From positions 7,764 to 71,763 of the forward strand of contig JAQBGV010000193.1 in NCBI GenBank assembly GCA_032128395.1: a DNA stretch of 64,000 nt, written 5' to 3'. Origin of the DNA: Planctomycetota bacterium. GTDB lineage: Bacteria; Planctomycetota; UBA8108; UBA1146. The stretch's first letter is position 1. Each line of letters opens with the position of its first letter. This document shows, one piece after another, positions 38,565 through 48,320 of the stretch. A program made the translations under genes and the position numbers. The notes beneath the pieces are model-generated. The model saw nothing but the letters and a program-made list of their open reading frames with translations, made no database searches and was not told where the DNA came from.

Positions 38565-39101
38565 TCACCTCCGAGTGGGCTCTCGGGATCCGAAGAGGAT
38601 CTCGGCGAGGACGACCAAGTCGGTGATCGTGATCCGGCCGTCACCGTCTACGTCCGCGGCCTCGTACCCCCCGCCCGGTCGCGCGACCCCTGCGAAGACT
38701 CGCTGGAGGAGGTTGAAGTCTTCCTTGTCGACGTCCCCGTCCCCATCGACATCTCCCTGCAGCTTCCGCTCAGGGGTCGAGGGAGCGGGCGAGGCGTTGG
38801 AGCGTTGCGCCGGTCCGATACTCACCTGGCGCTCCGCGAGAGCGGCGAGCATCACGGCGTCGGCCTTGTCGATCGCACCGTTCTGATCGACATCGAGCTG
38901 CGCCCGCGTGTACCGGTGCGGCGCCCCGCCGAGGATGCTCCGCAGGATCGCGACGTCATCGAAGTCGTAGATCCCGTTGCCGTTCAGGTCTCCCGGAGCC
39001 AGCGCCCTGCTGGCCGCCACGTCTGCCGCGATCGCGCTCCCCGCGATTCCACTCGTCACCAAGAGAACCAGAGCCGTGAGCACTGCCTTGTGCGTACGCA
39101 T
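38565..39101 (-). CDS. small secreted protein of four dockerin/EF-hand-like Ca-binding repeats
   Basis: Signal peptide MRTHKAVLTALVLLVTSGIAGSAIA. Four repeats: DLNGNGIYDFDDVAIL, DVDQNGAIDKADAVMLAAL, DVDGDGDVDKEDFNLLQRV and DVDGDGRITITDLVVLAEIL. SD AGGAGG. Confidence 0.6.
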   Translation of the reverse strand: MRTHKAVLTALVLLVTSGIAGSAIAADVAASRALAPGDLNGNGIYDFDDVAILRSILGGAPHRYTRAQLDVDQNGAIDKADAVMLAALAERQVSIGPAQRSNASPAPSTPERKLQGDVDGDGDVDKEDFNLLQRVFAGVARPGGGYEAADVDGDGRITITDLVVLAEILFGSREPTRR

Positions 39102-39304
39102 GTCGCCTCCTGCCTTTCCGACGCCCCTTCCCGCGCCGCTCCAGACCACCAGGAGCTCGACGCGGACGGGAGAAGAGGAAGCAGGCGGCGTGCCGCGCAC
39201 GTGGAGGTGCGTAGGTCATGAGGAGATGGGGAGTTGGGTGACGAGCGGTGGAGGAGCGGGAGTGTCCCTGTCAGGGAATCGGACAGGGTGGGAGATCGGT
39301 ATTG

Positions 39305-39467
39305 GGATGATGGGACTGGCTCGCCGAAGGTGATGCCTGTCCCGGACCTCCGCCGGTACTCCGACGAATTAGGTTCGCTGCGAAACGGTCGTGAGAACCC
39401 GTTCATCAGACGTGGATCTGCGGGCAAGCGTCCGGGACAGGCATCACCTTCGGCGAGCCCGTCCCAG
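39305..39467. repeat. MITE-like element, family A copy 2
   Basis: Left arm GGATGATGGGACTGGCTCGCCGAAGGTGATGCCTGTCCCGGAC (39305-39347). Right arm GTCCGGGACAGGCATCACCTTCGGCGAGCCCGTCCC (39430-39465). Located just downstream of rnc. Confidence 0.8.
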
Positions 39468-39485
39468 CTTTCGCGCTGCGCCCGC

Positions 39486-40229
39486 TCAATCCCCGTTCGG
39501 TATCTCCACCCCGAGGGTCCGCAGCGACTCCTCCGCCGCGGACTGCTCCGCTTCCTTCTTGTTCTTGCCGGAGCCGTGGCCGAGCTTTCGCTTGCCGAGC
39601 ATCGCTTGCACCGTGAATTCCTTCGAGTGGTCGGGGCCGTGCTCGGAGATCACTTTGTAGGTCGGAGTTCGGTTCTCCTCTTTTTGCAGATGCTGCTGCA
39701 GGAGCGACTTGAAGTTCAAGGGGTGCTGATTCCGCTTCACCGCGATCACCTGGTGATACAGGTTGCGGATGCAGAACTCGCGCGCCTGTTCGAGCCCGCC
39801 GTCGAGGTAGATCGCCGCCACCACCGCCTCGAAAACGTTCGCGAGTAGAGATGGCGGCAGCTTGCGACGGTTCGTCACCCCCTTGCCGACCTGGAACGCC
39901 TCGTCGAGTCCGAGGCGTTCGCTCTCGGCGGCGAGGGTGGCCGTCGAGACGACGACCGACTTGATCTGGGTCAGCTCTCCCTCGGCGAGGTCGTCGAAGA
40001 AGTTGAAGAGGAACTCGGTCATCACCAACCCCAGGACGGAGTCGCCGAGGAACTCCATCCGCTCGTTGCAGGGGTTGTCGATCGTCTTGATCGATGAGTG
40101 CGTGAGGGCCTGGAGGAGATGTTCGGGGTCGCGGAAGGTGTAGCCGACGCGCTGCTCACACACCTCGAGGCGTTTGAGGTCCTCCTGAGGGATGTGCTCG
40201 TGCTCGAAGCTCCGCGGACCTGCCATCAC
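39486..40229 (-). CDS. rnc: ribonuclease III
   Basis: RNase III signature ERMEFLGDSVLGLV, catalytic EAVVAAIYLDGG, and a C-terminal dsRBD with GSGKNKKEAEQSAA. Confidence 0.88.
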   Translation of the reverse strand: MMAGPRSFEHEHIPQEDLKRLEVCEQRVGYTFRDPEHLLQALTHSSIKTIDNPCNERMEFLGDSVLGLVMTEFLFNFFDDLAEGELTQIKSVVVSTATLAAESERLGLDEAFQVGKGVTNRRKLPPSLLANVFEAVVAAIYLDGGLEQAREFCIRNLYHQVIAVKRNQHPLNFKSLLQQHLQKEENRTPTYKVISEHGPDHSKEFTVQAMLGKRKLGHGSGKNKKEAEQSAAEESLRTLGVEIPNGD

Positions 40230-40659
40230 CTATCCTGACGGGGCTGACCCGGGGCGTTCCGGGGGCCACGACCCGGAGGGGACGTTCCGACGGCGGTCCG
40301 AGGCCGGGGTCTCTCCCCCCATGGGAAGGGGCGCCGGCGCCGCACCGGGAACTCCTCCGGGCAGTTCTTTTTCTATCGGTCGCCGGGAGTGGGTGGACCA
40401 GCGCAGCGGAGCGATTGGGGTCATCACGGCGGGAAGGGGAAACCCCGTACGTCCGAACGGAACGGGGGCTCCCCTTCACGCCGGGAAAGCCACCCAAGAT
40501 GCCCACCGCGGGCCGGAAGCCCTTCCAGGCGAAGAACTTGGAGTATATCGATCGAGCCCCTCCCGGAGCAAGGGCGCCCGAGGAGTGTGCCCGAAGATGC
40601 GGTGCGATGGCCGCACATCGATTCACGCGGTACAAACGGCCCTCTCGGAAGGAGAGACC

Positions 40660-41871
40660 GTGAATTTCCCCCCGAATCCGCCGCTCCCGCGTCCGTCGAC
40701 GTCCTCGGGCGCTTCCGGCAAGGCCGGGTCGACGCGCTCCGCTCCCGCCGTGTACCCCGTCGGGGGACATGTCCTGTCGATCTTCGATCTTCTCGCCCGG
40801 TTCACCGAGACCGCCTACATGGTCGATGGCATCTCTCGGCTCTCCGACCTGCACCTCACCGTCGGCGAACCGATCCGGTACCGCTTCGATGGCGAGCTCG
40901 TCACGCTCCCCGACGCATTTCCCGTCACGCCGGAGATCCTCGAGCAACTGCTCGCCCCGATCCTGAGCGAGGAGCAACTGGCTCGGCTCCGGTCGAGTAC
41001 GCAGGAATCGGTCGATGCCGGCTTCGAGTGGGCCGAGAGGGCGCTCAGCTTCCGGATCAACGTCTTCCACGATCGTCACGGACTCGCGTCCGCGATCCGC
41101 GTCCTCCCCCGCAGCATCCCACCCCTCTCGGGAATCGGGTTCCCGGATGAGTCGGTGTGGCGGGAGATCGTCGACCTCTCCCAAGGTCTCGTCATCGTGA
41201 CCGGGGTCACCGGAAGCGGGAAGTCGACGACGATTGCGAGCATCCTGCAACACATCAACCGCAACCGAGGGGCTCGGATCATCACCCTCGAGGATCCGAT
41301 CGAGTACGTGCTCGACAGCGAGAAGGCGCTCGTCTCCCAGCGCGAGCTCGGCCGCCACCTCTCGAGTTTCTCGGATGGTCTGCGCAGCGCCCTGCGCGAA
41401 GACCCGGACGTGATCTTCGTCGGCGAGATCCGCGACCGGGAGACGGGGTCACTCGCTCTCACCGCGGCCGAGACCGGACACCTCGTCCTGACCACGCTCC
41501 ACACCCGCGACACTCGAGGGGCGATCACTCGGCTCGTCGACCTCTTCCCCGCGGAACGAACGAAGGAGCTGAGCACGCAACTCTCGTTCGCGCTCTCGAC
41601 GATCATCGGGCAGAAGCTGGTGCCGAACGCCGTAGGGGGAGGCCGACGCGTCGCGATGGAAGTCCTCAAGAACACGCCTTCGATCGCGCACCTGATCCGG
41701 AGCGGCAAGTGGGAGCAGATCTACACGACGATCGAGACGCAGCGCGCCGCGGGGATGATCACGATGGAGCGGCATCTGATGTCGCTGGTCGAGCAAGGGA
41801 AGATCACGAGGGAAGCCGCACTCCACGCGGCGAACACCCGGTCGCTGCTCGCATTCCTCGGCGAAAAGTAG
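40660..41871 (+). CDS. pilT: type IV pilus retraction ATPase PilT/PilU family
   Basis: Walker A GVTGSGKSTT, Walker B/Asp box PDVIFVGEIRD and His box LVLTTLHTRD. GTG 40660 has a perfect AAGGAG SD 5 nt upstream. There is a ~40-aa N-terminal extension before the conserved core. Confidence 0.85.
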   Translation: MNFPPNPPLPRPSTSSGASGKAGSTRSAPAVYPVGGHVLSIFDLLARFTETAYMVDGISRLSDLHLTVGEPIRYRFDGELVTLPDAFPVTPEILEQLLAPILSEEQLARLRSSTQESVDAGFEWAERALSFRINVFHDRHGLASAIRVLPRSIPPLSGIGFPDESVWREIVDLSQGLVIVTGVTGSGKSTTIASILQHINRNRGARIITLEDPIEYVLDSEKALVSQRELGRHLSSFSDGLRSALREDPDVIFVGEIRDRETGSLALTAAETGHLVLTTLHTRDTRGAITRLVDLFPAERTKELSTQLSFALSTIIGQKLVPNAVGGGRRVAMEVLKNTPSIAHLIRSGKWEQIYTTIETQRAAGMITMERHLMSLVEQGKITREAALHAANTRSLLAFLGEK

Positions 41872-41991
41872 GGGACTGGCTCACCGCAGGTGATGCCTGT
41901 CCCGGACGCTCGCCCGTTGCTCCATAGCTCTCAAACCAGGCGATCCTCCGGGACAGGCAGCACGGCTTCGCCGCGAGCCAGTCCCATCATC
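41868..41991. repeat. MITE-like element, family A copy 3
   Basis: Left arm GTAGGGGACTGGCTCACCGCAGGTGATGCCTGTCCCGGAC (41868-41907; it includes the pilT stop TAG). Right arm CCGGGACAGGCAGCACGGCTTCGCCGCGAGCCAGTCCCATCATCC (41948-41991). Confidence 0.8.
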
Positions 41992-42018
41992 CATTCGCGC
42001 ACTCGCCAGCAACTCTCC

Positions 42019-45000
42019 TCAATGACTCACCAGGATCGTCACGTCATCGTCGACGATCTCGGCTCCGAGATGGATCGACCATCCCCCCGGGCCGCGGGAT
42101 ACGGCCTTATAGGGATAGAAGCCGGGGCTGAGGAGCGGAACGACGAGGCGGGCGCGGGCGCGAAGGGCGATCGTTCCGTCGGTCCGCCACTCTCTTCCCC
42201 GCCACACCCACCGCGGCAGCTCGATCCACGCGTCGGGGTCGTTCAGCACCGACTCGCCGAGCTGAAAGATCAGGTCGTACGCGTCCCTCTCGATCTGGAT
42301 CGGATCGCCGCCGAGCAGTTCTCCCCCCGAGAGCGGGATGGGGCGCGCGGTCCCGACCTCGAAATCGAGCGTGTGCCTCGATGCACTCTGAGGGATGAGC
42401 GAGATACAGACCGTCGAGGCGCCGGACGGCAGCGGGAGTTGCACGCGTCCGTTCCGGACGGGGGCGGCGCGGAGTCGGCCGGGGTCGCTCGGATCGTCGG
42501 TGACGATCGCAAAGCCGCTATCGAGAAGTTTCCCGTTCAGTCTCGCGATCGCCGGGCGGAAGTCCGCGTCGATCTCGAGGCGCAGATTCTTCCGGAACCC
42601 GGGGATCACGGCGGTCTCCGCGCTCGGCCCCACGATCCCGGCGGGGAGCGCGGTAGGTCCCCAGTCGAGTTGGTAGCGCCCGGGTCGCACGTCCCGGTAG
42701 GTCGTCGGCTCCCGCGTGAGGATCTCTCCCAGGTCGATCTTTCCCTCTTCGGGATCGTCGGAGATGAAGGAGAGCCGGAAGCGATCCTGCAGCGGGTCGG
42801 ATCCCGATCCTTGACGGATCGCGGCGATCACGAGCTCGTTCCCGTCGGCGAGGAACAGCGTCGCGGGAGGACCGTCGAGGTCTACGGGAGAGAGCACCGC
42901 CGGCGTCGATCCGGGCATCTTCGCGACGAGGGCGAGCACGGCATTCCGATCGATACCCGTGAGGTCGATCGAGAAGACTCCGCCGGCGCCCGACTCGACG
43001 CGTCGGCGGATGTTCCTGGGATCGAGATCGCGCCCCGGGTACCGATGTGCCGCGCTGGGGTGCATGAGGACGACCTCCGCCCCCGCGGCACCCTCCCCGC
43101 CATCGAGGAGCACCACTCCCTTGAGCGTGCGGCGCTCCTCGAGGAAGAAGGGCTCCGCTTCGTTCTCGCCGGGGGCGAGGTCGAGAATGACGACGGTCGC
43201 GGTCGCGGTCGAGTCGTGTCGGATCTCGCGGATGTGGATGCCGGACGCGAGCCCGCCGACTTTGAAACGGCCGTGATCGAGCGAGAAGGGGGCGGTCTCT
43301 CCGTAGCGGATCGTCGTGCCCTCGGGCCATTCCTTCCCCGCGGGGGCGACGATCGGGATCACCCGGCCGGTCCCGTCGAGACGTCGCTGACCGAGATCGC
43401 GGAGTTCCGACGCGAGACTCGCCGCTCTCACGAGCTGGATCGGTCGGGTGATCTCTCCCCCGGCGGGAACGGTCACGTACATCGGGATCCTCTCGGAGGT
43501 AGGAGGCTCGACGTGAATGCGATTCGGGACGTCGTACACCGTCTCGATCAGATAGATCCCCGCCCCGAGCTCCTCTCCTCCGGACGGGGTTCCCTCCCCG
43601 AGGTTCGGATCGATCGGCGTCGAGGTGACCAGTGCATTCGCGACAGGCATGCCCGAAGCGCTCAGCACCGTGACGATGACTTCGTTCCGCTCGGCCGCGG
43701 GGAGCTCGATCATCGCCTCGGAGAAACGTCCATCCACCGTGACCACGAGCGGGTAGACGCCATCCTCCTCCTCGATGCTCTCCCAGTGCAGCGCGTACTC
43801 ACCGGGGAGCAAGAACCGTGCTTCGAGGTAAGGGGGTTTGCCGATCGGGAACTGCCGGACCAGATCGACCACCTCGTGATCGCGGTCCTGGAACCCCTCG
43901 AGCCACGCCTCGGGGGGAAGGGTCGGACCGGCGCCCTCGATCCGGAAGTAGAATCGCGCGACGCGCGGCTCGGTCGGAGCGAGGGTCCCTAGCATCACGT
44001 ATCCGGGTTCGGTCCGACCGCGCGGCTCTGCATCGGCGAAGAGGGCGCCGCTTCCGAGCGCGAGCGCCTCGAAGAGTCGTGCCCCTTCGACCCAGTCCTC
44101 GGACCCGAAAGTTCCATCCGGGGCCAGGCGGTACGAGGCGCGGATCACCGGGTCCTGTTCGTCCCCGCGACGGATCCGTTCGATGATCCGGTAGCGCGGG
44201 GTCTCCCAGGGGGGGATGCCGACCACTCGCCCCGTGGTGATGAAGCGATTCGCGTCGGAGGTGAAGAGCGGGATCGCCAGGCCGACGTCGGTATCTTCGT
44301 TGGCCAGGCGAAACTCGCCGTGAACTTCGGTGATCCAGGGTCCGGTCACTCGGAAGCGATAGAAGCGCATCGGATCGAGCCCTCCGACCAGGGCCCGCGA
44401 CCCACCCGAAATCGGGGTTCGGAAGCGTGAGGCGGCGAACTCCTCCCCCGAAATCTCGAGGACCGCACCTTCGAGGTCGGATGGTCCGACTCCCGAGAGC
44501 AGCACCGAGACCGCGTCGCGAGCGGGCACGACCAAGTCACCGAGGTCGAGCGTGGTCGCCTGGTCCGACCGCGCGGGGGTGATCACCTCGACGGGGGCCG
44601 CATCGCGCGCGGCCACGATGAGGCGCTGCCCTTCGGGTGGGAGCTGGCCGACGAACTCGGCGTAGCCTTCCCGGTCGCGGTGCACCGAGGTCAGGTCGGC
44701 GGAGATCCTGACTTGCTCGGCGGGGACCGGTCGCGGCTGGTTCTGGTCATCGAGCTGGACGAGACGCAGGGAGAGCCGCGGGGCGGGGCGCCCGTCGAGC
44801 CAGAGTCGACTCGGGTGCCCGGGGATGAAGAACTCGCGCGACGCATCACGAAAGGATGCATCGAGGACCCTCAGGGTCACGACCTTCGGCAGGTCGACGA
44901 GCTGGGGGGCTTTCGGTTCGCGCTCGGCGACTCCGAATCGGAAGGACCCCGCCAGGTCGGTGCGTACCCGGAAGGTGCGGGCATTCTCGCGGATGGTCAG

Positions 45001-46182
45001 CTCGATGGTCGTGAGCGCGACCGGATCGCCGTCCGCATCGACGAGCTCGAACGTCTCGATCGTCTCCGGAACCAGATGGAGCGTGTAGATCGGAACGGGG
45101 GTCCCGGTCGCATCCACTCCATCTTCATCCACTTCCCCGGCCCACATCGGGCGCGGCAGCCAGTGCGGGTACGGCACGATCAGAGGGTCGATCAACTGGA
45201 GTTCTTCGACCCCGTGAATGTACGTGATTCGACCAAAGGCATCGGTGGTCCTCAGCGCGACCTCCTCGTTCTCGAGGCGGAGCAGGCTCGGACCCTCTTC
45301 GGGGAGGTACGGATCCGCGCGTCGCCGGCTGCGCACCGTCGCACCTGGGAACGGGTTCCGATCCCCATCGACGAAGAAGGTCTCCGTGAGCCAAGTGCGC
45401 CTGAGGGGGATCCGCAGGAACGGCCACTCCCCGCCGAGGGTGCACTCTTCTTCGACGAGCGCGACGCCGGGCGCAAACTCCTCGGCGACGACCTCGACGC
45501 GGATCCGCGTCCGTGGGTCCTCGGGTCGGAACACGGGGATCTGGAAGCGGCCGCTCGGATCGGTGATCGCCTCGACCACCGCCTCGGGCGAGAACGCTGG
45601 ATACCCGTTCGGCTGATCGCTGAATGTGATGCGGAGCGCCGCTCCGGTGATCGGGGAACCGGTAGCCGCATCGACGACGACCCCCGCGGCCTGGAGATCG
45701 ATCGGAGGGCGAGTCGGGGATGGACCACGACCGGGTCGATCGAGGATGGTCCCGGGGGGGATGCGCGTCCCGTCGATGAACACGCCCCGGCCGCCGACTA
45801 TGATCTTGTCGCTTCCGAACCGGAGGTCGGACCCGGCGGGGATCCCGTACGGTCCAAAGACACTCTCGGTGGTCGCCCGCACCTGCAACTCACCCTCGTC
45901 GAGGATCGGCACCCCTTCCTCGAAGTGAAAGGTCGATCCCGGTTCGACCTCGACGACGAGACCCGGTTGCTCGATCGAGAACCCGGTCGGAGTGAGATAA
46001 CCGCCGTCGTCCGTTCGCTGGACCTCGCCATCCAGATAGCTCCACCCTTCGACCGTGATCAGCGTGGTGCGTGGGGAGGGGGCGACGCGGCGATCTTCGC
46101 GGGTGGTCAGGGCGATGAAGAGGATGGCGCCGACCGTGACCGTGGATCCGAGAACGAGCGCAACGATCCGAGGTGCGGACAT
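42019..46182 (-). CDS. very large (1387-aa) membrane-anchored hypothetical protein, beta-rich, no recognisable domain
   Basis: Start MSAPRIVALVLGSTVTVGAILFIALTT (N-terminal TM anchor), then ~1350 aa of non-repetitive, ordinary-composition sequence. The + strand 700-aa ORF here is an Arg-rich antisense artefact. Confidence 0.6.
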   Translation of the reverse strand: MSAPRIVALVLGSTVTVGAILFIALTTREDRRVAPSPRTTLITVEGWSYLDGEVQRTDDGGYLTPTGFSIEQPGLVVEVEPGSTFHFEEGVPILDEGELQVRATTESVFGPYGIPAGSDLRFGSDKIIVGGRGVFIDGTRIPPGTILDRPGRGPSPTRPPIDLQAAGVVVDAATGSPITGAALRITFSDQPNGYPAFSPEAVVEAITDPSGRFQIPVFRPEDPRTRIRVEVVAEEFAPGVALVEEECTLGGEWPFLRIPLRRTWLTETFFVDGDRNPFPGATVRSRRRADPYLPEEGPSLLRLENEEVALRTTDAFGRITYIHGVEELQLIDPLIVPYPHWLPRPMWAGEVDEDGVDATGTPVPIYTLHLVPETIETFELVDADGDPVALTTIELTIRENARTFRVRTDLAGSFRFGVAEREPKAPQLVDLPKVVTLRVLDASFRDASREFFIPGHPSRLWLDGRPAPRLSLRLVQLDDQNQPRPVPAEQVRISADLTSVHRDREGYAEFVGQLPPEGQRLIVAARDAAPVEVITPARSDQATTLDLGDLVVPARDAVSVLLSGVGPSDLEGAVLEISGEEFAASRFRTPISGGSRALVGGLDPMRFYRFRVTGPWITEVHGEFRLANEDTDVGLAIPLFTSDANRFITTGRVVGIPPWETPRYRIIERIRRGDEQDPVIRASYRLAPDGTFGSEDWVEGARLFEALALGSGALFADAEPRGRTEPGYVMLGTLAPTEPRVARFYFRIEGAGPTLPPEAWLEGFQDRDHEVVDLVRQFPIGKPPYLEARFLLPGEYALHWESIEEEDGVYPLVVTVDGRFSEAMIELPAAERNEVIVTVLSASGMPVANALVTSTPIDPNLGEGTPSGGEELGAGIYLIETVYDVPNRIHVEPPTSERIPMYVTVPAGGEITRPIQLVRAASLASELRDLGQRRLDGTGRVIPIVAPAGKEWPEGTTIRYGETAPFSLDHGRFKVGGLASGIHIREIRHDSTATATVVILDLAPGENEAEPFFLEERRTLKGVVLLDGGEGAAGAEVVLMHPSAAHRYPGRDLDPRNIRRRVESGAGGVFSIDLTGIDRNAVLALVAKMPGSTPAVLSPVDLDGPPATLFLADGNELVIAAIRQGSGSDPLQDRFRLSFISDDPEEGKIDLGEILTREPTTYRDVRPGRYQLDWGPTALPAGIVGPSAETAVIPGFRKNLRLEIDADFRPAIARLNGKLLDSGFAIVTDDPSDPGRLRAAPVRNGRVQLPLPSGASTVCISLIPQSASRHTLDFEVGTARPIPLSGGELLGGDPIQIERDAYDLIFQLGESVLNDPDAWIELPRWVWRGREWRTDGTIALRARARLVVPLLSPGFYPYKAVSRGPGGWSIHLGAEIVDDDVTILVSH

Positions 46183-46414
46183 GTCGGGACCTCGCTCCAG
46201 GGTGGGTCGGTCGATACGCTCGGTCGCGCTGGGTATTCGGTTCATTCACCGACTTGGGCTCAGCGCCCGATGATGAACCGTTGCCGCTCAACCTCAAGGG
46301 ATCACCCAGGTTGGGCGATTCTTCCGCGAGTCACCCAACGGGGGTGGCCCGGAACGGGGACGGAAACGAGCCCGGGGGGTACTCTCCGATGACCGCCCTC
46401 AGGAAGGACACCCC

Positions 46415-46834
46415 ATGCCCAGCCCCACCGAGGAGCTGATCCGCCGTTACTTCGCCGCACTGAACCAGAGGGACCCGGAGGCGCTGCTCGCGTGCCTCGC
46501 GGACGGGATCGAGCATCAAGTCAATCAGGCCTCGGTCCGCAACGGGAAAGCGGCGTTCGGGGAATTCATCGAGACGATGCGGCGACACTACGACGAGCGC
46601 ATCGAGGGGCTGGTCGTTCTGACCGACGCGGCCGGGGAGCGCGCCGCCGCCGAATATACCGCCGACGGAGCCTATCGAGTCCGCGCCGAGGGTCTCCCCC
46701 CCGCCCGCGGGCAGCGCTATTCGATCCCCGTCGGTTGCTTCTTCTCGGTGCGGAACGGCGCGATCACCCGCGTCACGACGTACCTGAACGTCGGCGACTG
46801 GGTCCGCCAGCTCGAGGCCGTGAACCAAGCTTGA
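46415..46834 (+). CDS. SnoaL-like/NTF2-fold small protein
   Basis: MPSPTEELIRRYFAALNQRDPEALLACLADGIEH... follows the typical SnoaL_2/ketosteroid-isomerase-like N-terminal pattern. Confidence 0.55.
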   Translation: MPSPTEELIRRYFAALNQRDPEALLACLADGIEHQVNQASVRNGKAAFGEFIETMRRHYDERIEGLVVLTDAAGERAAAEYTADGAYRVRAEGLPPARGQRYSIPVGCFFSVRNGAITRVTTYLNVGDWVRQLEAVNQA

Positions 46835-46838
46835 GCGA

Positions 46839-48320
46839 TCAGCGCGCGGAGTCGTCGGTCGGTCGCGCATTCAGAGTGTAGTACGCATCCGGATGCAGGA
46901 GCGGCAGACCATCCGCGGAGCGGATCCTCTCCGCCCGCAGCTCGTGTACGTAGCCCTCGCGCAGACCGATGCAGCTCAGATCGACCGAAAGACCGTCATC
47001 GGCGGGGCGCGCGGCGGCGATCATCACCTGCGCACGATCGAATTCGGGACTGCCGTATTGTTCGTGGAGGCGAAAGGTGTAGCTCTCTAGCGTGTAGTTC
47101 TGGGGAAAGGCGAGCGTTTCGATGTTCATCGGTCGGGTGAACGTCAGCCGGAACCCTCCCGGGAGCGCGGTCATCGTCTGGATCTCGGTCGGAGTCTCCC
47201 CGGTCCAGACGAGGCGCTGGATCCCGTACGATCGGTTGCCGAGGGAGCCCCAACCGCGGTTCGTCATGCCGACGAGGAGCGAAGCGTCCTCCCCCCACTC
47301 GACACGCGTGATCCCGCACCCGAACCCTTCGCGAAAGGGGAAGCAGGCGCCCTGCCACGCGCCGCCGACCTTCTCGAGGTGGACCCGCATCACCGACGCG
47401 TCGTGCTGGTCGCCGACGAAACACTGCCCGTAGAACGGTCCGAAACGCGCGCCGGTCTGGTCCCATGCGATCCCCGACGCGCTCTTCCCCATTTTGTCGT
47501 AGGGGAACCACACCGCGGGCAACTTTAGTGACGGGATCAGTTTCGCGACCTCAGGGATCAGCATCCCGTCCGGGATCTCGCCGGGAAACGGCGCGAGCGA
47601 CTCCGGCCTCTTGCAGCTCTCGATCCCGTGGGGGTGCCCGTGGAAGTCCCCCACCTCGAGGTGGGCGAGCTTGTTCGTCGGGCACCACTCGCCTTGGTTG
47701 TCGGTGTAGAAGACATCGCCCCACGGTGCGATCTCGACCCCACAGGGGGAGCGAAGACCGGAGCAGGCCGGCTCCATCTTGCCCTCGGGCGTGATCCGCA
47801 CCGCCCAGCCGCGCCAGTCGACCTTCCCGAACGGCTCATCGCCGAACGGCTTGTTGAGGGTCACCCAGAAATTGCCGTCCGAGTCGCGTCGCGGGCCGAA
47901 GGCGTATTCGTGGTAGTTGCCGCTGATCACCCAGTCGTCGCAGACGGTCTCGTATCTATCCGCGCGGTGGTCGCCGTCTTCGTCGCGCAGCCGAACCAAC
48001 TCCCCCCGGGTCACGACGTAGATCCAACCGTCGTACGCTTCGAGGCCGAGCGGCTCCTGGAGGCCATCCGCCCACAGCGAGAAGACCGGAGCGTCGCCGT
48101 AGGCATCCTCGATCCGCCAGATGTCCCCGCGCCGGGTCGCGACGAGGATGACCCCCCCCTCGGCGACGTGGAAACCACCGACCTCGAGCACGATGTCCTC
48201 GGGCGCGACCAGGTCGACGATTCGGTAGTAGGTCGCTTCGGTCGGAAGCGGTGCATCGTCGACCCCGGGTGCGACCTGGAACAAGAGCGGGAGGACGACC
48301 GCAAGACCGACGTTCACCAC
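46839..48320 (-). CDS. secreted beta-propeller protein (sugar-dehydrogenase-like domain, PVC type)
   Basis: The N-terminal hydrophobic segment and repeated Gly/Asp/Trp-rich blades are consistent with the planctomycete membrane-bound-dehydrogenase-like domain that normally accompanies CxxCH heme-binding domains. Tentative. Confidence 0.45.
   Translation of the reverse strand: MVNVGLAVVLPLLFQVAPGVDDAPLPTEATYYRIVDLVAPEDIVLEVGGFHVAEGGVILVATRRGDIWRIEDAYGDAPVFSLWADGLQEPLGLEAYDGWIYVVTRGELVRLRDEDGDHRADRYETVCDDWVISGNYHEYAFGPRRDSDGNFWVTLNKPFGDEPFGKVDWRGWAVRITPEGKMEPACSGLRSPCGVEIAPWGDVFYTDNQGEWCPTNKLAHLEVGDFHGHPHGIESCKRPESLAPFPGEIPDGMLIPEVAKLIPSLKLPAVWFPYDKMGKSASGIAWDQTGARFGPFYGQCFVGDQHDASVMRVHLEKVGGAWQGACFPFREGFGCGITRVEWGEDASLLVGMTNRGWGSLGNRSYGIQRLVWTGETPTEIQTMTALPGGFRLTFTRPMNIETLAFPQNYTLESYTFRLHEQYGSPEFDRAQVMIAAARPADDGLSVDLSCIGLREGYVHELRAERIRSADGLPLLHPDAYYTLNARPTDDSAR

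Noticed and set aside
41890-43992. 700-aa + strand ORF opposite the 1387-aa membrane protein
   Set aside because: Low-complexity Arg-rich translation. The minus-strand ORF has balanced composition and a TM anchor.
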